From Naegleria gruberi (Eukaryota): a DNA stretch of 1,266 nucleotides. The DNA is taken from the NCBI GenBank assembly GCA_000004985.1, contig GG739465.1; one strand, given 5' to 3'. A model generated the notes under the pieces. It was not told the DNA's origin. It made no database searches and saw nothing but the letters and a program-made list of their open reading frames with translations. Positions 1 to 1,266 of this stretch are shown in pieces (the stretch's first letter is position 1; every line of letters starts with the position of its first letter). Position numbers and translations under genes: made by a program.

Positions 1-152
1 GTTTTGAATTCTATTAGATCCCATAATTTTCTAAGCGAACATTCCAAAAAGAAATTGTAGATTATTTCAATAAAGTTATCAGCCAAAAAGACTACAGCAC
101 CACAGGTTCCCAAGTTGTCTCCAACCTCAGTACTGATGTGGCTCGACGATGC
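1..152 (-). CDS. Possible coding exon fragment, open at the left edge. No start codon and no identifiable product. Could equally be a chance open frame.
   Basis: Seen in sequence. The minus-strand frame with codons 152..150 down to 5..3 is open for 50 codons: ASSSHISTEVGDNLGTCGAVVFLADNFIEIIYNFFLECSLRKLWDLIEFK. It runs off position 1. It is bounded upstream by TAA (reverse complement of plus 153-155). G is at codon position 1 in 16 of 50 codons (32%), which is elevated. There is no Met, so if real it must be an internal or terminal exon entered by splicing. It overlaps the 71-aa ATG ORF at 127-152 in a different frame, so at most one of the two is real. Open runs of at least 50 codons are expected a few times by chance in this window. 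Confidence 0.22.
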
Positions 153-342
153 TTAACTTCTCAAATCGGACGGGATGAGGTGCATTCATCGTGATATGGC
201 CGTAGCCATTCAAAATCATAAAATCTGAATTATAAATGAATTCCCTTGGTCCAGTTATATTGAAAATTGAGCTTGTAATGATATTGTTCGAGCCCATCTC
301 CTTGATTGATAACATGAGCTGATGATTATTACAACAAATCAT
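127..342 (-). CDS. ATG-initiated 71-aa ORF from the supplied track. Hypothetical, most likely non-coding.
   Basis: The ORF exists: ATG at 342-340, TGA at 129-127. However, G at codon position 1 is only 12 of 71 (17%), equal to background, with no codon periodicity. The amino-acid sequence (MICCNNHQLMLSIKEMGSNNIITSSIFNITG...) has no recognisable motif and contains odd CC/NN/HQ runs. Its 3' end overlaps the alternative open frame at 1-152. It is retained only because it is the sole track ORF. Confidence 0.12.
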   Translation of the reverse strand: MICCNNHQLMLSIKEMGSNNIITSSIFNITGPREFIYNSDFMILNGYGHITMNAPHPVRFEKLSIVEPHQY

Positions 343-687
343 TGAAATCTAAATGTTCAATGTTAAGGGTGGCCAACAAACTGTTATTATAATGGATACA
401 ATTCTGAAAGTGTATGTGAAACAGATTACAGAGCTAATGATGAGGATAAGTTGCCCCATGTGAAGAGGGGAGAGAATGAGTGGAAACTTAAATTGCTTTG
501 GAGAACATTTTGTGATCACTGCATCTCATTATAAAATTGAGGTGGAGGAATTGATTTCTAATAAAGTTTGCTGCCATGAAGCTCAATTTAGATGTTGATC
601 AGTTCTTTCAAATACATTTGCCCAAGAAAACTAAAAATCAGTTACCTACAATGGAAATCTAACCCTCTCCAAATTTAGTCAAATTGG

Positions 688-820
688 ATATAAAAAGAAA
701 TTAGTATATTTAATATTTAATATTTTTTTAATATAATATTTAATATTAATAACAATTAAATATATTAATATTACTATGTATTGAATAATTATTAATAAAA
801 TAATAAATAATTTTAAAAAA
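688..820. repeat. Extremely AT-rich low-complexity tract (about 95% A+T) with TAATATT(T)/AATATTTAATATT iterations and A- and T-homopolymer runs. Microsatellite-like, possibly a MAR-like AT island.
   Basis: Seen in sequence: tataaaaagaaattagtatatttaatatttaatatttttttaatataatatttaatattaataacaattaaatatattaatattactatgtattgaataattattaataaaataataaataattttaaaaaa. Only about 7 G/C occur in 133 nt. AATATTT and AATAAATAA motifs recur. The tract ends in A6 (815-820). It is sharply delimited from flanks of about 35-40% GC. Confidence 0.8.
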
Positions 821-852
821 TAGTATTCGTTATCCAACTGAGCTATGATGGC
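815..852 (-). other. tRNA 5'-head-like fragment (acceptor-like 7-mer plus A-box/D-arm motif) followed by T6. Not an intact tRNA. Possible decayed tRNA-derived (SINE or tRNA-pseudogene) remnant, or coincidence.
   Basis: Minus strand reads GCCATCA-TA-GCTC-AGTTGGATA-ACGAATACTA-TTTTTT. TAGCTCAGTTGG (reverse complement of plus 834-845) matches the pol III A-box/D-loop consensus TRGCNNAGT(T)GG. The 3' D-stem (expected GAGC) is absent. No B-box (GGTTCGANTCC) and no anticodon or T arm are found within 100 nt downstream on that strand. The element is immediately followed by T6 (plus A815-A820), a pol III terminator-like run. Confidence 0.2.
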
Positions 853-916
853 TTACATTCATTGAGAAGACCAGCCTTACATGGTGTATAATATAAACTT
901 AAAGACATCTAAATTC

Positions 917-972
917 TTAATTGATTAATTGATTCTTAATTCGTCATTAATTGATTCTCCAGTGATTGATGG
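917..972. repeat. Short degenerate tandem array of a 9-10 bp unit TTAATTGAT(T). About 4 copies plus a partial copy.
   Basis: Seen in sequence: cTTAATTGAT-TAATTGATT-cTTAATTcGTc-aTTAATTGATTc-tccagTGATTGATgg. Copies begin at about 917, 926, 936 and 947, with a partial copy at 963-972. Each copy carries a TAATTG/CAATTA core. Confidence 0.6.
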
Positions 973-1085
973 TACGATGAAATACCCAAACTAAACAGAA
1001 CCTCTCCTTTCCCAGTTGCTTATACAACTTAAGTATATCGAAATATTCACTGTATTTTGTAATTCAACATATCAACATAACGAAA

Positions 1086-1266
1086 CTAATCTTTAGTCAA
1101 TAAGGTTGAAAACAACCATCTTGTAATGGATTTTGCGGTTCTGTCATCTTTTAGTCTTAGTTTTTCAAAAGCATATCCAATCTTGGCTTCATCATCTCCA
1201 TTAAATCTAATCAATGCATCCAAAACATTCTCCAAATCACTTCCTTCAACATCAATACCGTCAATT
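1086..1266 (-). CDS. Partial CDS, 3'-terminal segment of a protein-coding gene (C-terminal 59 codons plus stop). The 5' part lies beyond the right edge of the window. Product unknown.
   Basis: Seen in sequence. The minus-strand frame with codons at 1265..1263 etc. is open for 59 codons. It ends at TAG, the reverse complement of plus 1086-1088. Translation: IDGIDVEGSDLENVLDALIRFNGDDEAKIGYAFEKLRLKDDRTAKSITRWLFSTLLTKD*. There is no in-frame ATG, which is why it is absent from the ATG-ORF track. G occupies codon position 1 in 23 of 59 codons (39%), against about 17% G overall. That is the classic coding periodicity. Arg is encoded 4 times, always as AGA, and third positions are A/T-rich, typical of AT-rich eukaryotic genes. 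The peptide is acidic with amphipathic-helix-like spacing (LENVLDALIRF). Caveat: a 59-codon open run is not by itself improbable in a 1.3 kb AT-rich window. Support therefore rests on composition, not length. Confidence 0.45.
   Translation of the reverse strand, partial: IDGIDVEGSDLENVLDALIRFNGDDEAKIGYAFEKLRLKDDRTAKSITRWLFSTLLTKD

Noticed and set aside
69-84. The 16-mer AATAAAGTTATCAGCC resembles AATAAAGTTTGCTGCC at 561-576 (12 of 16 identical). A second shared 11-mer, AAAAAGAAATT, occurs at 46-56 and 692-702.
   Set aside because: These are short, A-rich partial matches of the kind expected by chance in 1.3 kb of AT-rich DNA. There is no flanking extension of similarity that would indicate a dispersed repeat or terminal repeats.
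232-238. TATAAAT motif (plus 232-238). Other TATA-like strings occur at 530-537 and 689-697.
   Set aside because: TATA-like hexamers are ubiquitous in DNA of this composition. None is positioned 25-35 bp upstream of a supported transcript start or coding frame, so I do not call promoters.
353-466. Plus-strand ATG ORF of 37 aa (MFNVKGGQQTVIIMDTILKVYVKQITELMMRISCPM*).
   Set aside because: It is too short, shows no codon-position bias, and carries no motif. Open runs of this length are expected by chance many times in AT-rich sequence.
476-598. Plus-strand ATG ORF of 40 aa (MSGNLNCFGEHFVITASHYKIEVEELISNKVCCHEAQFRC*), Cys-containing and small-peptide-like.
   Set aside because: It has no signal-peptide-like N-terminus, no regular Cys spacing typical of secreted Cys-rich peptides, and no periodicity. 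I treat it as chance.
688-820. Palindromic and hairpin-capable AT segments inside the AT island (for example ttaatattaataacaattaaatatattaatatt) as possible miRNA or small-RNA hairpins.
   Set aside because: AT-only palindromes form trivially in such tracts. There is no GC-anchored stem and no flanking structure suggesting a processed hairpin.
1-1266. Whether the window itself is a MITE or other transposon with terminal inverted repeats.
   Set aside because: The two ends (gttttgaattctattagatc… and …aataccgtcaatt) are not reverse complements of each other. I found no flanking target-site duplication or internal TIR pair by eye.

Overview
This window is AT-rich (about one third GC) with eukaryote-like architecture. 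It is most consistent with a plant or other AT-rich nuclear genome, but that is an inference from composition and lack of dense coding, not a database hit. Roughly 930 bp in the middle (about 153-1085) carry no convincing coding potential in any frame. The only ATG-initiated ORF in the supplied track (127-342, minus) has non-coding-like codon statistics, and I consider it probably spurious. Two open, non-ATG frames on the minus strand run off the window edges and are absent from the ATG-ORF track. The stronger one (1086-1265, ending in TAG) is strongly G-enriched at codon position 1 and translates to an acidic, amphipathic, protein-like C-terminus, so it is a plausible 3'-terminal exon. The weaker one (1-152) is coding-like but not statistically compelling. 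The non-coding portion contains a 133 bp tract that is about 95% A+T with TAATATT(T)-type iterations (688-820). It also contains a short degenerate tandem array of TTAATTGAT(T) (917-972). On the minus strand there is a tRNA 5'-head/A-box-like 12-mer (TAGCTCAGTTGG) followed by T6, without a B-box. I see no evidence of a prokaryotic-style operon, defence system, CRISPR array, rRNA, intact tRNA or intact mobile element. None of the candidates can be assigned a product from sequence alone.
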